A program made the position numbers and the translations under genes. Below, one piece after another: positions 1 through 11,849 of a stretch of DNA of 64,000 bases. The number at the start of each line of letters is the position of its first letter. Positions within the stretch are counted from its first letter, which is position 1. The stretch is from assembly GCA_013205245.1 (NCBI GenBank), contig JABMNH010000023.1, forward strand, positions 878 to 64,877, in the 5' to 3' direction. The notes under the pieces are model-generated. The model was not told the origin of the DNA. It saw only the letters and a list, made by a program, of their open reading frames with translations, and made no database searches. Source of the DNA: Flavobacteriales bacterium. Lineage in GTDB: Bacteria > Bacteroidota > Bacteroidia > Flavobacteriales > Flavobacteriaceae.

Positions 1-1085
1 CAGGATCTTATGTGTTAAATACCCGTTCTGGTAAAAAAGAACGTATTTCACGTATTTATCAAATGCACGCTAACAAACAAGAGCCATTAAAAAGCATTGA
101 AGCTGGAGATATAGGTGCTGCTGTAGGTTTTAAAGATATCAAAACAGGAGACACTTTGTGTGATGAAAAGCATCCTATTGCTTTAGAATCAATGACATTT
201 CCTGCGCCAGTTATCGGTATCGCCGTAGAGCCTAAAACTAAAGTTGATGTAGATAAGCTAGGAATGGCTTTAGCTAAATTAGCCGAAGAAGATCCAACTT
301 TTGTAGTAAAAACAGATCATGCATCTGGGCAAACTATTATCTCTGGAATGGGCGAATTGCACTTAGAAATAATTGTAGATCGTTTAAAAAGAGAATTTAA
401 AGTAGAAGTTAACGAAGGGCAACCCCAAGTTGAATATAAAGAAGCATTAACCAAAGTAACAAGTCACAGAGAAGTTTACAAAAAGCAATCTGGTGGACGT
501 GGTAAATTTGGGGATATCATTTTTGAAATTGGCCCAGCAGATGCAGAAGAAGCTTTGAAAGGTGGTCTTCAATTTGTTGATGAGGTTAAAGGAGGTCGCA
601 TTCCAAGAGAATTTATTCCTTCTGTTCAAAAAGGATTTGCACAAGCTATGGCAAATGGTCCTTTAGCTGGTTATACTATGGACAGCATGAAAGTAACTTT
701 AAAAGATGGTTCTTTCCATCCTGTAGATTCTGATGCTTTGTCATTCGAATTGGCTGCTAAATTAGGTTATAGATCTGTTGCTAAAGCTGCAGGTGCTGTT
801 GTTCTTGAACCAATCATGAAGCTTGAAGCTGTTACGCCAGAAGAAAATATGGGTGATATTGTTGGCGATTTAAACCGCCGTCGTGGTCAAGTTACAAGTA
901 TGGATGATCGTGCTGGCGCAAAAGTTATTAAAGCAACGGTGCCATTATCAGAAATGTTCGGTTATGTTACAACCTTAAGAACTTTATCTTCTGGTCGTGC
1001 AACATCTACAATGGAGTTTTCGCATTATCAAGAAACACCATCAAATATTTCTGAAGAAGTAATTAAAAAAGCAAAAGGAGAGTAG
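1..1085 (+). CDS. fusA: Elongation factor G, C-terminal ~360 aa (5' end outside window)
   Basis: The frame stays open to position 3 (GSY precedes the tracked GTG at 12). EF-G domain III-V motifs are present: [41 protein letters not shown]. It directly precedes rpsJ. Confidence 0.95.
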   Translation, partial: GSYVLNTRSGKKERISRIYQMHANKQEPLKSIEAGDIGAAVGFKDIKTGDTLCDEKHPIALESMTFPAPVIGIAVEPKTKVDVDKLGMALAKLAEEDPTFVVKTDHASGQTIISGMGELHLEIIVDRLKREFKVEVNEGQPQVEYKEALTKVTSHREVYKKQSGGRGKFGDIIFEIGPADAEEALKGGLQFVDEVKGGRIPREFIPSVQKGFAQAMANGPLAGYTMDSMKVTLKDGSFHPVDSDALSFELAAKLGYRSVAKAAGAVVLEPIMKLEAVTPEENMGDIVGDLNRRRGQVTSMDDRAGAKVIKATVPLSEMFGYVTTLRTLSSGRATSTMEFSHYQETPSNISEEVIKKAKGE

Positions 1086-1100
1086 TCTAAATTATATAAG

Positions 1101-1406
1101 ATGAGTCAAAAAATTAGAATAAAACTAAAATCGTACGATTACAACTTAGTAGATAAATCTGCCGAAAAAATCGTAAAAACAGTAAAGGCTTCAGGAGCTA
1201 TCATTAATGGCCCAATTCCTTTACCAACACACAAAAAGATTTTTACAGTATTGCGTTCTCCACACGTAAACAAAAAATCTAGAGAACAATTTCAATTAAG
1301 TTCATACAAACGTCTTTTAGACATTTACAGTTCGTCTTCAAAGACAATTGATGCACTTATGAAATTAGAATTGCCAAGTGGCGTAGAAGTAGAAATTAAA
1401 GTGTGA
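1101..1406 (+). CDS. rpsJ: 30S ribosomal protein uS10
   Basis: IRIKLKSYD..., PLPTHKK and [13 protein letters not shown] motifs. First gene after fusA, as in the canonical S10 operon. Confidence 0.97.
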   Translation: MSQKIRIKLKSYDYNLVDKSAEKIVKTVKASGAIINGPIPLPTHKKIFTVLRSPHVNKKSREQFQLSSYKRLLDIYSSSSKTIDALMKLELPSGVEVEIKV

Positions 1407-1443
1407 TAGTCGCACTATAATCATAATAATTAATAATTAATTT

Positions 1444-2061
1444 ATGTCTGGGTTAATAGGTAAAAAGATCGGAATGACCAGTATTTACGACGAGAATGGT
1501 AAAAACATACCATGTACCGTTGTTCAAGTAGGTCCTTGCGTGGTTACCCAAGTCAGAACCAAAGCGGTTGACGGGTATGAAGCGTTGCAACTTGGTTTCG
1601 ATGACAAAACAGAAAAGCATACTACTAAAGCGCTCAAAGGGCACTTTAAAAAAGCTGGATCTGAAGCTAAAAAGCGTGTTGTTGAATTCCAAGGATTTAA
1701 AGAAGAGTATAAATTAGGAGACCAAATTGATGTGACTTTCTTTGAAGAAGGAGAGTTTGTTGATGTTTCAGGTATTTCTAAAGGTAAGGGATTCCAAGGT
1801 GTTGTAAGACGTCACGGTTTTGCCGGAGTTGGTCAAGCCACTCACGGTCAGCACAACAGATTACGTGCCCCTGGTTCTATTGGAGCCGCATCTTATCCTG
1901 CAAGAGTATTCAAAGGAATGCGCATGGCAGGACGTATGGGTGGTGATAAAGTAAAAGTTCAAAACTTAAGAGTTTTAAAAGTGATTGCAGAAAAAAACCT
2001 TTTAGTAGTAAAAGGTGCTATTCCTGGTCATAAAAACTCTTACATAACCATTGAGAAATAA
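1444..2061 (+). CDS. rplC: 50S ribosomal protein uL3
   Basis: GKKIGMT and [10 protein letters not shown] motifs; operon position. Confidence 0.97.
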   Translation: MSGLIGKKIGMTSIYDENGKNIPCTVVQVGPCVVTQVRTKAVDGYEALQLGFDDKTEKHTTKALKGHFKKAGSEAKKRVVEFQGFKEEYKLGDQIDVTFFEEGEFVDVSGISKGKGFQGVVRRHGFAGVGQATHGQHNRLRAPGSIGAASYPARVFKGMRMAGRMGGDKVKVQNLRVLKVIAEKNLLVVKGAIPGHKNSYITIEK

Positions 2062-2690
2062 TGAAGGTAGCAGTTTTAGACATTAAAGGAAAAGACACTG
2101 GTAGAAAAGTTGAACTATCTGATGCTATTTTTAGTATAGAACCTAATAATCATGCATTGTATTTAGATATTAAACAATACTTGGCTAATCAAAGACAAGG
2201 AACGCATAAATCTAAAGAACGTGCAGAGATTTCTGGAAGTACTAGAAAGATAAAGAAACAAAAAGGAACAGGTACTGCCAGAGCAGGTAGTATTAAATCT
2301 CCTGTATTTAGAGGTGGTGGACGCGTTTTTGGCCCAAGACCTAGAAGTTATAGCTTTAAACTTAATAAAGAATTAAAACGTTTGGCACGCAAATCGGCTT
2401 TATCTATCAAGGTAAAAGAAGATAATTTAATAGTGTTAGAAGATTTTAATTTTGATACACCAAAAACTAAAAACTTTATTGAAGTTTTAGGCGCCTTAGG
2501 TTTAGAAAGTAAAAAATCAATGTTTGTGTTGGGAGAGTCAAATAATAACGTATATTTGGCATCACGTAATTTGAAAAGAGCTAAAGTTGTAAGCTCTTCA
2601 AATTTAAATACTTATAGCCTTACGAACGCTAATAAATTGATTATTTCAGAGAGCGTTTTAGGAGAAATCGAATCTAATTTAAACAAATAG
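2061..2690 (+). CDS. rplD: 50S ribosomal protein uL4
   Basis: KQKGTGTARAGS motif. TAATG stop/start overlap with rplC; operon position. Confidence 0.95.
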   Translation: MKVAVLDIKGKDTGRKVELSDAIFSIEPNNHALYLDIKQYLANQRQGTHKSKERAEISGSTRKIKKQKGTGTARAGSIKSPVFRGGGRVFGPRPRSYSFKLNKELKRLARKSALSIKVKEDNLIVLEDFNFDTPKTKNFIEVLGALGLESKKSMFVLGESNNNVYLASRNLKRAKVVSSSNLNTYSLTNANKLIISESVLGEIESNLNK

Positions 2691-2692
2691 GG

Positions 2693-2983
2693 ATGAGAAT
2701 TATAATTAAACCTATTATATCAGAAAAAATGACAAACGATAGTGAGGTTTTTAACCGCTATGGTTTTGTTGTGAATAATAAAGCTAACAAAATACAAATC
2801 CGTACAGCTGTAGAAGCTGCTTACGGCGTTGCAGTTGCTAAAGTGAGAACGATGAACTATCCTGTAAAAAGAAGTTCAAAATTCACTAAAAAAGGCATGG
2901 TTACTTCGGTAATTGGTGCTTATAAAAAAGCAATTGTAGAGTTAGCAGAAGGAGATAGTATTGATTTTTATAACAATATTTAA
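2693..2983 (+). CDS. rplW: 50S ribosomal protein uL23
   Basis: Size, IIKPIISEK N-terminus, and position between rplD and rplB. Confidence 0.95.
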   Translation: MRIIIKPIISEKMTNDSEVFNRYGFVVNNKANKIQIRTAVEAAYGVAVAKVRTMNYPVKRSSKFTKKGMVTSVIGAYKKAIVELAEGDSIDFYNNI

Positions 2984-2986
2984 AAA

Positions 2987-3811
2987 ATGTCATTAAGAAA
3001 ATTAAAACCAGTAACCCCTGGTCAGCGTTTTAGAGTTGTAAATGGTTTTGACAGCCTCACAACTGATAAGCCGGAGAAAAGTTTGTTAGCTTCGAAAAAA
3101 CGATCGGGTGGTAGAAACAGTGAAGGTAAAATGACGATGCGCTACTTAGGTGGAGGGCATAAGAAAAGATACCGTATCATTGATTTCAAAAGAAACAAAA
3201 ATGGAATTCCTGCAACTGTTAAGAGCATCGAGTATGATCCTAACAGAACTGCATTTATCGCTTTATTAGCTTACGCTGATGGAGAAAAAAGATATATTGT
3301 AGCACAACAAGGATTAAAAATAGATCAAACAGTTATGTCTGGTGAAGGAGCTACTCCTGATATTGGAAACACACTTACTTTATCTAAAATTCCATTAGGA
3401 ACTACCATATCTTGTATAGAGTTAAAACCAGGTCAGGGTGCTGTATTAGCACGTAGTGCTGGGGCTTTTGCTCAGTTAATGGCAAGAGACGGTAGATATG
3501 CAACTATTAAATTGCCTTCGGGAGAAACCAGATTGATTTTGGCTACCTGTATGGCAACAATAGGAGTTGTATCAAACTCAGATCACCAATTGTTAGTTTC
3601 TGGTAAAGCAGGACGTTCAAGATGGTTAGGTCGTCGTCCAAGAACAAGAGCGGTTGTAATGAATCCTGTAGATCATCCAATGGGTGGTGGTGAAGGAAAA
3701 TCGTCTGGTGGACATCCACGTTCTAGAAATGGTATACCTGCTAAAGGTTACAAAACCAGATCTAAAACGAAGGCTAGCAATAAACATATTATAGAACGTA
3801 GAAAAAAATAA
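2987..3811 (+). CDS. rplB: 50S ribosomal protein uL2
   Basis: [18 protein letters not shown] and [13 protein letters not shown] motifs. Confidence 0.97.
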   Translation: MSLRKLKPVTPGQRFRVVNGFDSLTTDKPEKSLLASKKRSGGRNSEGKMTMRYLGGGHKKRYRIIDFKRNKNGIPATVKSIEYDPNRTAFIALLAYADGEKRYIVAQQGLKIDQTVMSGEGATPDIGNTLTLSKIPLGTTISCIELKPGQGAVLARSAGAFAQLMARDGRYATIKLPSGETRLILATCMATIGVVSNSDHQLLVSGKAGRSRWLGRRPRTRAVVMNPVDHPMGGGEGKSSGGHPRSRNGIPAKGYKTRSKTKASNKHIIERRKK

Positions 3812-3821
3812 ATAAGAAAGT

Positions 3822-4100
3822 ATGGCACGTTCATTAAAAAAAGGACCTTTTGTATTTCTAAAATTAGATAAGAAAGTACAAAAAAATATTGAATCTGGAA
3901 AGAAAACTGTTATCAAAACGTGGTCTAGAGCCTCTACGATTACACCAGATTTTGTTGGACAAACAATAGCTGTTCATAACGGAAGACAATTTGTACCTGT
4001 ATATGTTACAGAAAATATGGTAGGTCATAAATTAGGAGAATTTTCACCAACAAGATCTTTTAGAGGTCATGCAGGTGCAAAAAATAAAGGTAAAAAATAA
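3822..4100 (+). CDS. rpsS: 30S ribosomal protein uS19
   Basis: SLKKGPFV and [24 protein letters not shown] motifs. Confidence 0.97.
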   Translation: MARSLKKGPFVFLKLDKKVQKNIESGKKTVIKTWSRASTITPDFVGQTIAVHNGRQFVPVYVTENMVGHKLGEFSPTRSFRGHAGAKNKGKK

Positions 4101-4107
4101 GTAGGAT

Positions 4108-4518
4108 ATGGGAGTTAGAAAAAAATTATCAGCAGAAAAGCGCAAAGAGGCTAAAAAGACTTTGTCTTTTGCCAGGCTTAAAGGTTGTCCTACGTCACCT
4201 AGAAAAATGCGTCTTGTAGCAGATCAAATTAGAGGAATTGAAGTTGAAAAAGCACTTCAAATCTTAAAATTTAGTCCTAAAGAAGCATCTATAAATTTAG
4301 AAAAATTATTATTATCGGCTTTATCCAATTGGCAAGCTAAAAACGAGGATGCTTCTTTAGAAGATGCTGGTTTAATAGTAAAAGAAATCTTTGTAGATTC
4401 AGCAACTATGGTTAAGAGATTGCGTCCAGCCCCACAAGGTCGTGCGCATAGAATAAGAAAACGTTCAAATCATATTACGTTAATCTTAGGAACAACTGAA
4501 TCTAAAACAATTAATTAA
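4108..4518 (+). CDS. rplV: 50S ribosomal protein uL22
   Basis: [14 protein letters not shown] motif; operon position. Confidence 0.96.
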   Translation: MGVRKKLSAEKRKEAKKTLSFARLKGCPTSPRKMRLVADQIRGIEVEKALQILKFSPKEASINLEKLLLSALSNWQAKNEDASLEDAGLIVKEIFVDSATMVKRLRPAPQGRAHRIRKRSNHITLILGTTESKTIN

Positions 4519-4523
4519 GTAGT

Positions 4524-5249
4524 ATGGGACAAAAAACTAATCCAATAGGGAATCGTTTAGGAATTATCAGAGGATGGGAATCTAACTGGTATGGTGGAAA
4601 TGACTACGGCGATAAAATTGTAGAAGATTATAAAATAAGAGAATACGTGTTCGCACGTTTAGCAAAAGCAAGTGTATCTAGAGTAATTATTGAGCGAACA
4701 CTTAAACTTGTAACCGTTACTATCACAACAGCCCGCCCAGGTATCATTATTGGTAAAGGTGGCCAAGAGGTAGACAAGTTAAAAGAAGAGCTTAAAAAAA
4801 TAACTCAAAAAGAGGTTCAATTAAATATTTTTGAAATTAAGCGTCCAGAAGTTGATGCAAAATTAGTAGCCGCAAGCATAGCCCGTCAAATAGAAAATAG
4901 AATTTCTTACAGACGCGCAATTAAAATGGCGATAGCAGCTGCAATTAGAATGAATGCCGAAGGCATAAAAGTTCAGATTTCTGGTAGATTAAACGGTGCA
5001 GAGATGGCACGTTCAGAAAATTATAAAGAAGGTAGAATTCCTCTTTCTACTTTTAGAGCAGATATAGATTATGCACTTGAAGAATCTCACACTACTTATG
5101 GCCGTATAGGTGTTAAAGTATGGATTATGAAAGGTGAGGTATATGGTAAGAGAGAGTTGTCTCCTTTAGTAGGTTTGTCTAAAAAAGACAGCCAAGGTGG
5201 CGGTAGATCTGCAGGAAATGCAAAAAGACCAACTCGTAGAAGAAAATAA
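4524..5249 (+). CDS. rpsC: 30S ribosomal protein uS3
   Basis: [13 protein letters not shown]-terminus; KH-type [11 protein letters not shown]. Confidence 0.97.
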   Translation: MGQKTNPIGNRLGIIRGWESNWYGGNDYGDKIVEDYKIREYVFARLAKASVSRVIIERTLKLVTVTITTARPGIIIGKGGQEVDKLKEELKKITQKEVQLNIFEIKRPEVDAKLVAASIARQIENRISYRRAIKMAIAAAIRMNAEGIKVQISGRLNGAEMARSENYKEGRIPLSTFRADIDYALEESHTTYGRIGVKVWIMKGEVYGKRELSPLVGLSKKDSQGGGRSAGNAKRPTRRRK

Positions 5250-5267
5250 ATTTTTAAAATTTAGAAG

Positions 5268-5696
5268 ATGTTACAACCAAAAAAGGTAAAATATCGTAAG
5301 GTACAGAAAGGGAAAGGCCAATTACAAGGCATATCTAATAGAGGTCACAGACTTTCTAACGGAATGTTTGGTATTAAATCTCTTGAACAAAATTGGATTA
5401 CCGCACGTCAAATAGAAGCTGCTCGTATTGCAGCAACTCGTTATATGAAAAGAGAAGGTCAGTTATGGATTAAAATTTTTCCAGACAAGCCTATCACTAA
5501 AAAACCTCTAGAAGTACGTATGGGTAAAGGTAAAGGAGCTCCAGAATATTGGGTAGCCCCAATAAAACCAGGTAGAATTATGTTCGAGATAGGTGGAGTA
5601 TCCTTAGAAATTGCAAAAGAAGCTTTACGTTTAGCAGCACAAAAATTGCCTGTTAAAACAAAGTTTATTATTGCTAGAGACTTTGATAACGCTTAA
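5268..5696 (+). CDS. rplP: 50S ribosomal protein uL16
   Basis: [12 protein letters not shown]-terminus and RMGKGKG motif. Confidence 0.97.
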   Translation: MLQPKKVKYRKVQKGKGQLQGISNRGHRLSNGMFGIKSLEQNWITARQIEAARIAATRYMKREGQLWIKIFPDKPITKKPLEVRMGKGKGAPEYWVAPIKPGRIMFEIGGVSLEIAKEALRLAAQKLPVKTKFIIARDFDNA

Positions 5697-5708
5697 TTGA
5701 AAAGTAAA

Positions 5709-5900
5709 ATGAAACAATCAGAAATAAAAGAATTGTCTGTAGAAGAACTGCAAGAAAAATTTAAAGATCTTAAAAAAAGTTATGGAGATCTTAAAATGAA
5801 TCATTCAGTTTCGCCGCTTGAGAATCCAATTCAATTAAGAATGCTTAGAAAAACTGTAGCAAGAATTGCAACAGAATTAACAAAAAGAGCTATACAATAA
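5709..5900 (+). CDS. rpmC: 50S ribosomal protein uL29
   Basis: The tracked ORF starts at TTG 5697. The ATG at 5709 gives the typical MKQSEIKEL N-terminus. Position after rplP. Confidence 0.9.
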   Translation: MKQSEIKELSVEELQEKFKDLKKSYGDLKMNHSVSPLENPIQLRMLRKTVARIATELTKRAIQ

Positions 5901-5916
5901 TTGTATTCAATAAAAG

Positions 5917-6174
5917 ATGGAAAAAAGAAATCTTAGAAAAGAAAGAGTAGGAATAGTTACCAGCGACAAAATGGAGAAATCTATTGTTGTATCAGAGGTA
6001 AAGAGACAAAAACATCCTATGTATGGAAAATACGTGCTTAACACAAAAAAATATGTGGCGCACGATGAAAATAACGATTGCAACGAAGGAGATACTGTAA
6101 AGATTATGGAGACACGTCCGTTAAGTAAATCTAAACGTTGGAGATTAGTAGAAATCCTTGAAAGAGCTAAATAA
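5917..6174 (+). CDS. rpsQ: 30S ribosomal protein uS17
   Basis: [20 protein letters not shown]-terminus; operon position. Confidence 0.96.
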   Translation: MEKRNLRKERVGIVTSDKMEKSIVVSEVKRQKHPMYGKYVLNTKKYVAHDENNDCNEGDTVKIMETRPLSKSKRWRLVEILERAK

Positions 6175-6176
6175 TT

Positions 6177-6548
6177 ATGTTACAACAAGAATCAAGATTA
6201 AATGTAGCCGATAATACTGGAGCTAAAGAAGTTTTAGTTATTCGCGTATTAGGCGGAACCAAAAGAAGGTATGCTTCTATTGGTGATAAAATTGTAGTAG
6301 CAATAAAATCTGCCACGCCAAATGGCCAAGTTAAAAAAGGACAAGTGGCTAAAGCAGTAGTTGTTAGAACTAAGAAAGAAGTGAGACGTAAAGACGGATC
6401 TTATATTAGATTTGATGATAATGCTTGCGTACTTATAGATCCTACTTCTGGAGAGATGAGAGGAACACGTGTTTTTGGCCCTGTGGCTAGAGAATTACGT
6501 GATAAACAATTCATGAAAATTGTATCATTAGCACCAGAAGTGCTTTAA
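6177..6548 (+). CDS. rplN: 50S ribosomal protein uL14
   Basis: [18 protein letters not shown]-terminus. Confidence 0.97.
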   Translation: MLQQESRLNVADNTGAKEVLVIRVLGGTKRRYASIGDKIVVAIKSATPNGQVKKGQVAKAVVVRTKKEVRRKDGSYIRFDDNACVLIDPTSGEMRGTRVFGPVARELRDKQFMKIVSLAPEVL

Positions 6549-6560
6549 AACTTTAATATT

Positions 6561-6869
6561 ATGACGAAGTTAAAAATAAAATCTGGAGATACTGTAAAAG
6601 TAATTGCTGGTGAACAAAAAGGTAAAGAAGGTAAGATTATAACAATCTTTCGTGAAAAGAACCGTGCCATTGTAGAAGGTGTTAATATGGTATCTAAACA
6701 TACCAAACCTAGCGCTCAAAGTCCACAAGGAGGCATCGTTAAAAAAGAAGCTTCATTACATATTTCTAATCTTATGCTTGTTGTAAAAGGCGAAGCCACT
6801 AGAGTGGGATATAAAGTTGAAGGAGATAAAAAAGTTAGATTTTCTAAAAAATCTGGAGAAGTAATATAG
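6561..6869 (+). CDS. rplX: 50S ribosomal protein uL24
   Basis: [18 protein letters not shown] (KOW motif); operon position. Confidence 0.96.
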   Translation: MTKLKIKSGDTVKVIAGEQKGKEGKIITIFREKNRAIVEGVNMVSKHTKPSAQSPQGGIVKKEASLHISNLMLVVKGEATRVGYKVEGDKKVRFSKKSGEVI

Positions 6870-6871
6870 TT

Positions 6872-7423
6872 ATGGAATATATACCAAGACTTAAAGGAGA
6901 ATATAAGAGCAGAATAATTGGCGCTCTTAAAGAAGAATACGGCTACAAAAATGTGATGCAAGTACCTAAATTACAAAAAATTGTAATTAGTAAAGGTGTT
7001 GGTGCCGCTATAGTCGATAAGAAATTAATTGAATATGCTGTCGAAGAATTGACTACCATTAGTGGTCAAAAAGCAGTACCAACTAAATCTAAAAAAGATG
7101 TAGCAGCTTTCAAATTGCGTAAAGGCGTTGAAGTTGGCGTAAAAGTAACACTAAGAGGTATAAAAATGTACGAATTTTTAGACCGTTTGGTAACTTCTGC
7201 ACTACCAAGAGTTAGAGATTTTAACGGTATTAAAGCAACAGGTTTTGATGGACGTGGCAATTACAATTTAGGTGTAACCGAACAAATTATTTTTCCAGAA
7301 ATCAATATCGATAAAGTGAACAAAATTAATGGTATGGATATTACTTTTGTAACCACAGCTCAAACCGATAAAGAAGCAAAATCATTACTAACCGAATTAG
7401 GTTTACCTTTTAAAAAGAACTAG
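6872..7423 (+). CDS. rplE: 50S ribosomal protein uL5
   Basis: [18 protein letters not shown] and [16 protein letters not shown] motifs. Confidence 0.97.
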   Translation: MEYIPRLKGEYKSRIIGALKEEYGYKNVMQVPKLQKIVISKGVGAAIVDKKLIEYAVEELTTISGQKAVPTKSKKDVAAFKLRKGVEVGVKVTLRGIKMYEFLDRLVTSALPRVRDFNGIKATGFDGRGNYNLGVTEQIIFPEINIDKVNKINGMDITFVTTAQTDKEAKSLLTELGLPFKKN

Positions 7424-7426
7424 ACG

Positions 7427-7696
7427 ATGGCAAAAGAATCAATGAAAGCCCGTGAGGTAAAAAGAAGAAAACTAGTTGCAAAATATGCAACTAAACGCAA
7501 AGCTTTAAAAGAGGCAGGTGATTATGAAGGTTTACAAAAGCTTCCAAAAAATGCTTCTCCTGTACGTTTACACAATCGTTGTAAATTAACCGGACGCCCA
7601 AAAGGTTATATCCGTCAGTTTGGTATTTCTCGTGTTACTTTTAGAGAAATGGCTAACCAAGGATTAATACCAGGTGTAAGAAAAGCCAGTTGGTAA
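7427..7696 (+). CDS. rpsN: 30S ribosomal protein uS14 (long, single-Cys, apparently zinc-independent form)
   Basis: [14 protein letters not shown]-terminus and [13 protein letters not shown]-like motif; 89 aa; operon position. Confidence 0.96.
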   Translation: MAKESMKAREVKRRKLVAKYATKRKALKEAGDYEGLQKLPKNASPVRLHNRCKLTGRPKGYIRQFGISRVTFREMANQGLIPGVRKASW

Positions 7697-7766
7697 AATT
7701 ATAAATTGGTTTCAGGTTTGGTCTCGAATGGTCGAGATTAAATACCAAGACCGCAAATTAATATAT

Positions 7767-8165
7767 ATGAATACAGATCCAATAGCAGATTATCTAACAC
7801 GTATTAGAAATGCTGTAAGTGCAGGTAAAAGAGTGGTAGATATACCTTCTTCTGGCTTAAAAAAAGAAATGACAAAAATTTTGTTTGATCAAGGTTATAT
7901 TTTGAGTTACAAATTTTTAGAAGACACTGTACAAGGTTCAATTAAAATTGCCTTGAAATATGATAAGATTTCTAAAGAACCTGTAATTAAAAAATTACAA
8001 CGTATCAGCACACCAGGTTTAAGAAAATATTCAAGTTCATCAGAGATGCCTCGCGTTTTAAACGGTTTAGGTATTGCGATAGTTTCTACATCAAAAGGCG
8101 TTATGACTAATAAGCAAGCGCGTCAAGATAATGTAGGTGGTGAGGTTTTATGTTACGTTTATTAA
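7767..8165 (+). CDS. rpsH: 30S ribosomal protein uS8
   Basis: The conserved N-terminus MNTDPIADYLTRIRNA starts at ATG 7767. The tracked start at 7728 adds 13 atypical residues over a structured spacer. Confidence 0.93.
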   Translation: MNTDPIADYLTRIRNAVSAGKRVVDIPSSGLKKEMTKILFDQGYILSYKFLEDTVQGSIKIALKYDKISKEPVIKKLQRISTPGLRKYSSSSEMPRVLNGLGIAIVSTSKGVMTNKQARQDNVGGEVLCYVY

Positions 8166-8177
8166 AAAGAGAATAAG

Positions 8178-8720
8178 ATGTCAAGAATAGGAAAGAGTCC
8201 AATAAATATACCAGATGGCGTAACAGTAACATTAGAAAATGATGTTGTTACAGTTAAGGGTAAATTAGGCGAGCTAAAGCAAAACATTGATGCTATTAGC
8301 GTAAAAATTGAAGATGGAACGATAACTTTAGAGAGACCTTCAGAAATCAAAGATCATAAATCAAAACATGGTTTATACCGTGCTTTGCTTTTTAATATGA
8401 TTGAAGGTGTATCAAAAGGTTGGTCAAAAGAACTAGAATTGGTTGGTGTGGGTTATCGCGCTTCAAATCAAGGACAGAAATTAGATTTAGCATTAGGTTT
8501 TTCTCATAATATTGTTTTAAATGTAGCTCCAGAGGTTATTATTGAAACAGTATCAGAAAAAGGAAAAAATCCAATTGTTAAATTAACGTCTTTTGACAAA
8601 CAATTGGTTGGGCAAGTTGCCGCCAAAATTCGTTCTTTCAGAGCTCCAGAGCCATATAAAGGTAAAGGTGTTAAATTTGTAGGAGAAATATTAAGAAGAA
8701 AAGCAGGTAAAACTGCATAA
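8178..8720 (+). CDS. rplF: 50S ribosomal protein uL6
   Basis: [10 protein letters not shown]-terminus and PEPYKGKG motif. Confidence 0.97.
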   Translation: MSRIGKSPINIPDGVTVTLENDVVTVKGKLGELKQNIDAISVKIEDGTITLERPSEIKDHKSKHGLYRALLFNMIEGVSKGWSKELELVGVGYRASNQGQKLDLALGFSHNIVLNVAPEVIIETVSEKGKNPIVKLTSFDKQLVGQVAAKIRSFRAPEPYKGKGVKFVGEILRRKAGKTA

Positions 8721-8734
8721 TACGTAGAAATATT

Positions 8735-9088
8735 ATGGCATTATCAAAGCTTCAGAGAAGACAAAGAATTAAACTTAGAATAAGAAAGATAATTTCTGGT
8801 ACGGCAACTAAACCTAGATTAGTAGTGTTTAGAAGCAATAAAGAAATTTATGCACAATTAGTAGATGACGTTGCTGGAAAAACACTAGCAGCCGTTTCTT
8901 CTAGAGAAAAAGCATTAGCTGCTTCAGGTGCAAAACTAGACGTTGCAAATGCAATAGGAAAAGCCATTGCAGAAAGAGCAATAGCAGCTGGAATTAGCAC
9001 TTGTGCTTTCGATAGAAATGGATATTTATATCACGGTCGCGTTAAAGCCTTAGCTGATGGCGCCAGAGAATCTGGATTAAAATTTTAG
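8735..9088 (+). CDS. rplR: 50S ribosomal protein uL18
   Basis: [20 protein letters not shown] and [14 protein letters not shown] motifs. Confidence 0.96.
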   Translation: MALSKLQRRQRIKLRIRKIISGTATKPRLVVFRSNKEIYAQLVDDVAGKTLAAVSSREKALAASGAKLDVANAIGKAIAERAIAAGISTCAFDRNGYLYHGRVKALADGARESGLKF

Positions 9089-9096
9089 TAAGAGTT

Positions 9097-9621
9097 ATGT
9101 ATAAAAGATATAAAAACGTAGAACGTGTAAAACCAAGTGGTTTAGAATTAGTAGATCATTTAGTAGGTGTACAACGTGTTACCAAAGTTACTAAAGGTGG
9201 TCGTGCTTTTGGATTTTCAGCTATCGTAGTAGTAGGCGATCAAAATGGCGTAGTAGGTCATGGTTTAGGTAAATCTAAAGATGTTGCTTCAGCTATTGCT
9301 AAAGCTATAGAAGATGCCAAAAAGAATTTGGTAAGAATACCAATAGTTAAAGCTACTTTACCTCACGAACAAAAAGGTAAATACAGTGGTGCTAAAGTAT
9401 TTTTAAAACCAGCCTCTCATGGTACTGGTGTAATTGCTGGTGGTGCTGTACGTGCCGTATTAGAATCGGTTGGTGTTCATGATGTATTGTCAAAATCTCA
9501 AGGTTCTTCAAATCCTCATAATGTAGTAAAAGCAACTTTCGATGCTTTATTACAATTAAGAGATGCTTCTACAGTTGCTAAACAAAGAGGTGTATCTTTG
9601 GAAAAAGTATTTAAAGGTTAA
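9097..9621 (+). CDS. rpsE: 30S ribosomal protein uS5
   Basis: [22 protein letters not shown] motif. Confidence 0.97.
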   Translation: MYKRYKNVERVKPSGLELVDHLVGVQRVTKVTKGGRAFGFSAIVVVGDQNGVVGHGLGKSKDVASAIAKAIEDAKKNLVRIPIVKATLPHEQKGKYSGAKVFLKPASHGTGVIAGGAVRAVLESVGVHDVLSKSQGSSNPHNVVKATFDALLQLRDASTVAKQRGVSLEKVFKG

Positions 9622-9632
9622 AAAATCAGAAG

Positions 9633-9818
9633 ATGGCAAAGAAGATAATAGTAAAACAAGTAAGAAGTAAAATAAGACGTCCTCAAAGACAAAAAAGAAC
9701 TTTAGAGGCTTTAGGTTTACATAAAATGGGTCAAGAAGTTTCTCACGAAGCCACTGCACCAATACTTGGAATGATTAACAAAGTAAAACACTTGGTTTCT
9801 GTTCAAGAAGCCAAATAA
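9633..9818 (+). CDS. rpmD: 50S ribosomal protein uL30
   Basis: Size (61 aa), KQVRS...QRQKRTLEALGL motif, operon position. Confidence 0.95.
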   Translation: MAKKIIVKQVRSKIRRPQRQKRTLEALGLHKMGQEVSHEATAPILGMINKVKHLVSVQEAK

Positions 9819-9830
9819 GATAATTAAATT

Positions 9831-10283
9831 ATGAGTTTAAATAATTTAAAGCCTGCAGAAGGTTCTGTTATAAACAAAGGAAAGAGAATTGGCCGTGGTC
9901 AAGGTTCTGGAAAAGGTGGCACTGCTACAAGAGGACATAAAGGAGCTAAATCTAGATCTGGTTACTCTAAGAAAATAGGTTTTGAAGGTGGTCAAATGCC
10001 TTTACAACGTCGTGTACCAAAATTTGGTTTTAAAAATATTAATCGTAAAGATTATGTTGGTGTCAATTTAGACCGCATACAAGATATGGTTGATAATGGC
10101 AAAATTAAAGATACTGTTACTATTGAAACTTTAATAGAAAATGGTGTAGCTGGTAAAAACGATTTAATAAAAATATTAGGTAGAGGCGAGTTAAAAGCTA
10201 AACTTAATATTACTGTTCATAAATTTACAGCAACTGCCAAAACAGCTATTGAAGCCGCCGGAGGTGAAGCTGTAACTTTATAA
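9831..10283 (+). CDS. rplO: 50S ribosomal protein uL15
   Basis: LKPAEGS...RIGRGQGSGKGGTATRGHKG motif. Confidence 0.96.
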   Translation: MSLNNLKPAEGSVINKGKRIGRGQGSGKGGTATRGHKGAKSRSGYSKKIGFEGGQMPLQRRVPKFGFKNINRKDYVGVNLDRIQDMVDNGKIKDTVTIETLIENGVAGKNDLIKILGRGELKAKLNITVHKFTATAKTAIEAAGGEAVTL

Positions 10284-10295
10284 ATACCGAAGTAA

Positions 10296-11624
10296 ATGAA
10301 AAAATTTATTACAACCTTACAAGATATCTGGAAGATAGAAGAGTTAAAAAATAAAATCATTTTAACACTTGGTTTTATGGCTGTTTATAGATTGATGGCT
10401 CATGTACCACTACCTGGTATTGATCCTAATCAATTAACAGCTTTAACTAATCAAACATCGGGAGGTCTTTTGGGTTTACTAAATGCGTTTACTGGAGGTG
10501 CTTTTTCTAAAGCTTCAATAATGGCTTTGGGTGTTATGCCTTATATTTCGGCATCTATTGTAGTTCAGTTAATGGGTATTGCGGTACCTTATTTACAAAA
10601 ACTTCAAAAAGAAGGCGAAAGTGGTAGAAAAACCATTAATCAAATTACGCGTTGGTTAACTATTGCAATTACTGTAGTGCAAGGCCCCGCTTATATTGTT
10701 AATTTACAACAAACCTTACCAGCATCTACTTTTTTATTAGGAGGCGCTATGTTTTGGTTATCATCAATGGTTTTACTAACTGCAGGAACAGTTTTTGCAA
10801 TGTGGTTAGGAGAAAAAATTACCGATAAAGGTATTGGTAATGGTATTTCATTGTTGATTATGGTTGGTATTATTGCCAGATTCCCTTCTGCATTTATGCA
10901 AGAAGTTGGATCAAGAATGACCCAATCTAATGGTGGATTAATAATGATTTTAATTGAAATCGTTTTGTGGTTCTTAGTAATCTTAGCAACTGTATTTTTA
11001 GTAACTGCCGTAAGACGTATTGCTGTTCAATATGCAAGACGTACTGTTGCAGGTAATGTTAATAATATTGCAGGAGCCCGCCAATACATTCCTTTAAAAG
11101 TGAATTCGGCTGGTGTAATGCCAATTATATTTGCACAAGCTATTATGTTTGTTCCTGTAACATTAACCAGACTTTCTGAATCTGATATAATGCAACAAAT
11201 AGGTGTTACTTTTAGTAATATGCAAGGTTTTTGGTATAACTTGGTATTCGCTTTATTAATAATTATTTTCAGTTATTTCTATACGGCTATTACAATCCCT
11301 ACCAATAAAATGGCAGACGATTTAAAACGCGGTGGTGGATTTGTACCAGGAATTAAACCAGGTAAAGACACAGGTGAATTTATAGATACCATTCTTTCTA
11401 GAATTACCTTGCCAGGATCAATATTCTTAGCTTTGCTATCAATATTACCAACTTTTGTGACCCTTTTAGGCGTACAACAATCGTGGGCAATGTTTTACGG
11501 AGGAACATCATTAATAATTATGGTTGGTGTTGCAATTGATACCATCCAACAAATTAATTCACATTTATTAAGCCGTCATTATGATGGATTGATGAAAACA
11601 GGAACTAAAAGAAGTATTGCTTAA
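10296..11624 (+). CDS. secY: Preprotein translocase subunit SecY
   Basis: 10-TM protein with [27 protein letters not shown] and GFVPGIKPG motifs. Position after rplO. Confidence 0.97.
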   Translation: MKKFITTLQDIWKIEELKNKIILTLGFMAVYRLMAHVPLPGIDPNQLTALTNQTSGGLLGLLNAFTGGAFSKASIMALGVMPYISASIVVQLMGIAVPYLQKLQKEGESGRKTINQITRWLTIAITVVQGPAYIVNLQQTLPASTFLLGGAMFWLSSMVLLTAGTVFAMWLGEKITDKGIGNGISLLIMVGIIARFPSAFMQEVGSRMTQSNGGLIMILIEIVLWFLVILATVFLVTAVRRIAVQYARRTVAGNVNNIAGARQYIPLKVNSAGVMPIIFAQAIMFVPVTLTRLSESDIMQQIGVTFSNMQGFWYNLVFALLIIIFSYFYTAITIPTNKMADDLKRGGGFVPGIKPGKDTGEFIDTILSRITLPGSIFLALLSILPTFVTLLGVQQSWAMFYGGTSLIIMVGVAIDTIQQINSHLLSRHYDGLMKTGTKRSIA

Positions 11625-11839
11625 TGGCTAAACAAGCTGCAATAGAACAAGATGGAACCATCATAGAAGCATTATCTAATGCTATGTTTCGCGTAGAATT
11701 AGAAAATGGTCATATAGTAACAGCGCATATTTCAGGTAAGATGCGTATGCATTACATAAAATTGTTACCTGGCGATAAAGTAAAATTAGAAATGAGCCCT
11801 TACGATTTAAGTAAGGCCAGAATAACTTATAGATATTAA
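11624..11839 (+). CDS. infA: Translation initiation factor IF-1
   Basis: 71 aa S1-fold sequence ([25 protein letters not shown]). TAATG overlap with secY. Confidence 0.97.
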   Translation: MAKQAAIEQDGTIIEALSNAMFRVELENGHIVTAHISGKMRMHYIKLLPGDKVKLEMSPYDLSKARITYRY

Positions 11840-11849
11840 AGTAAATACG

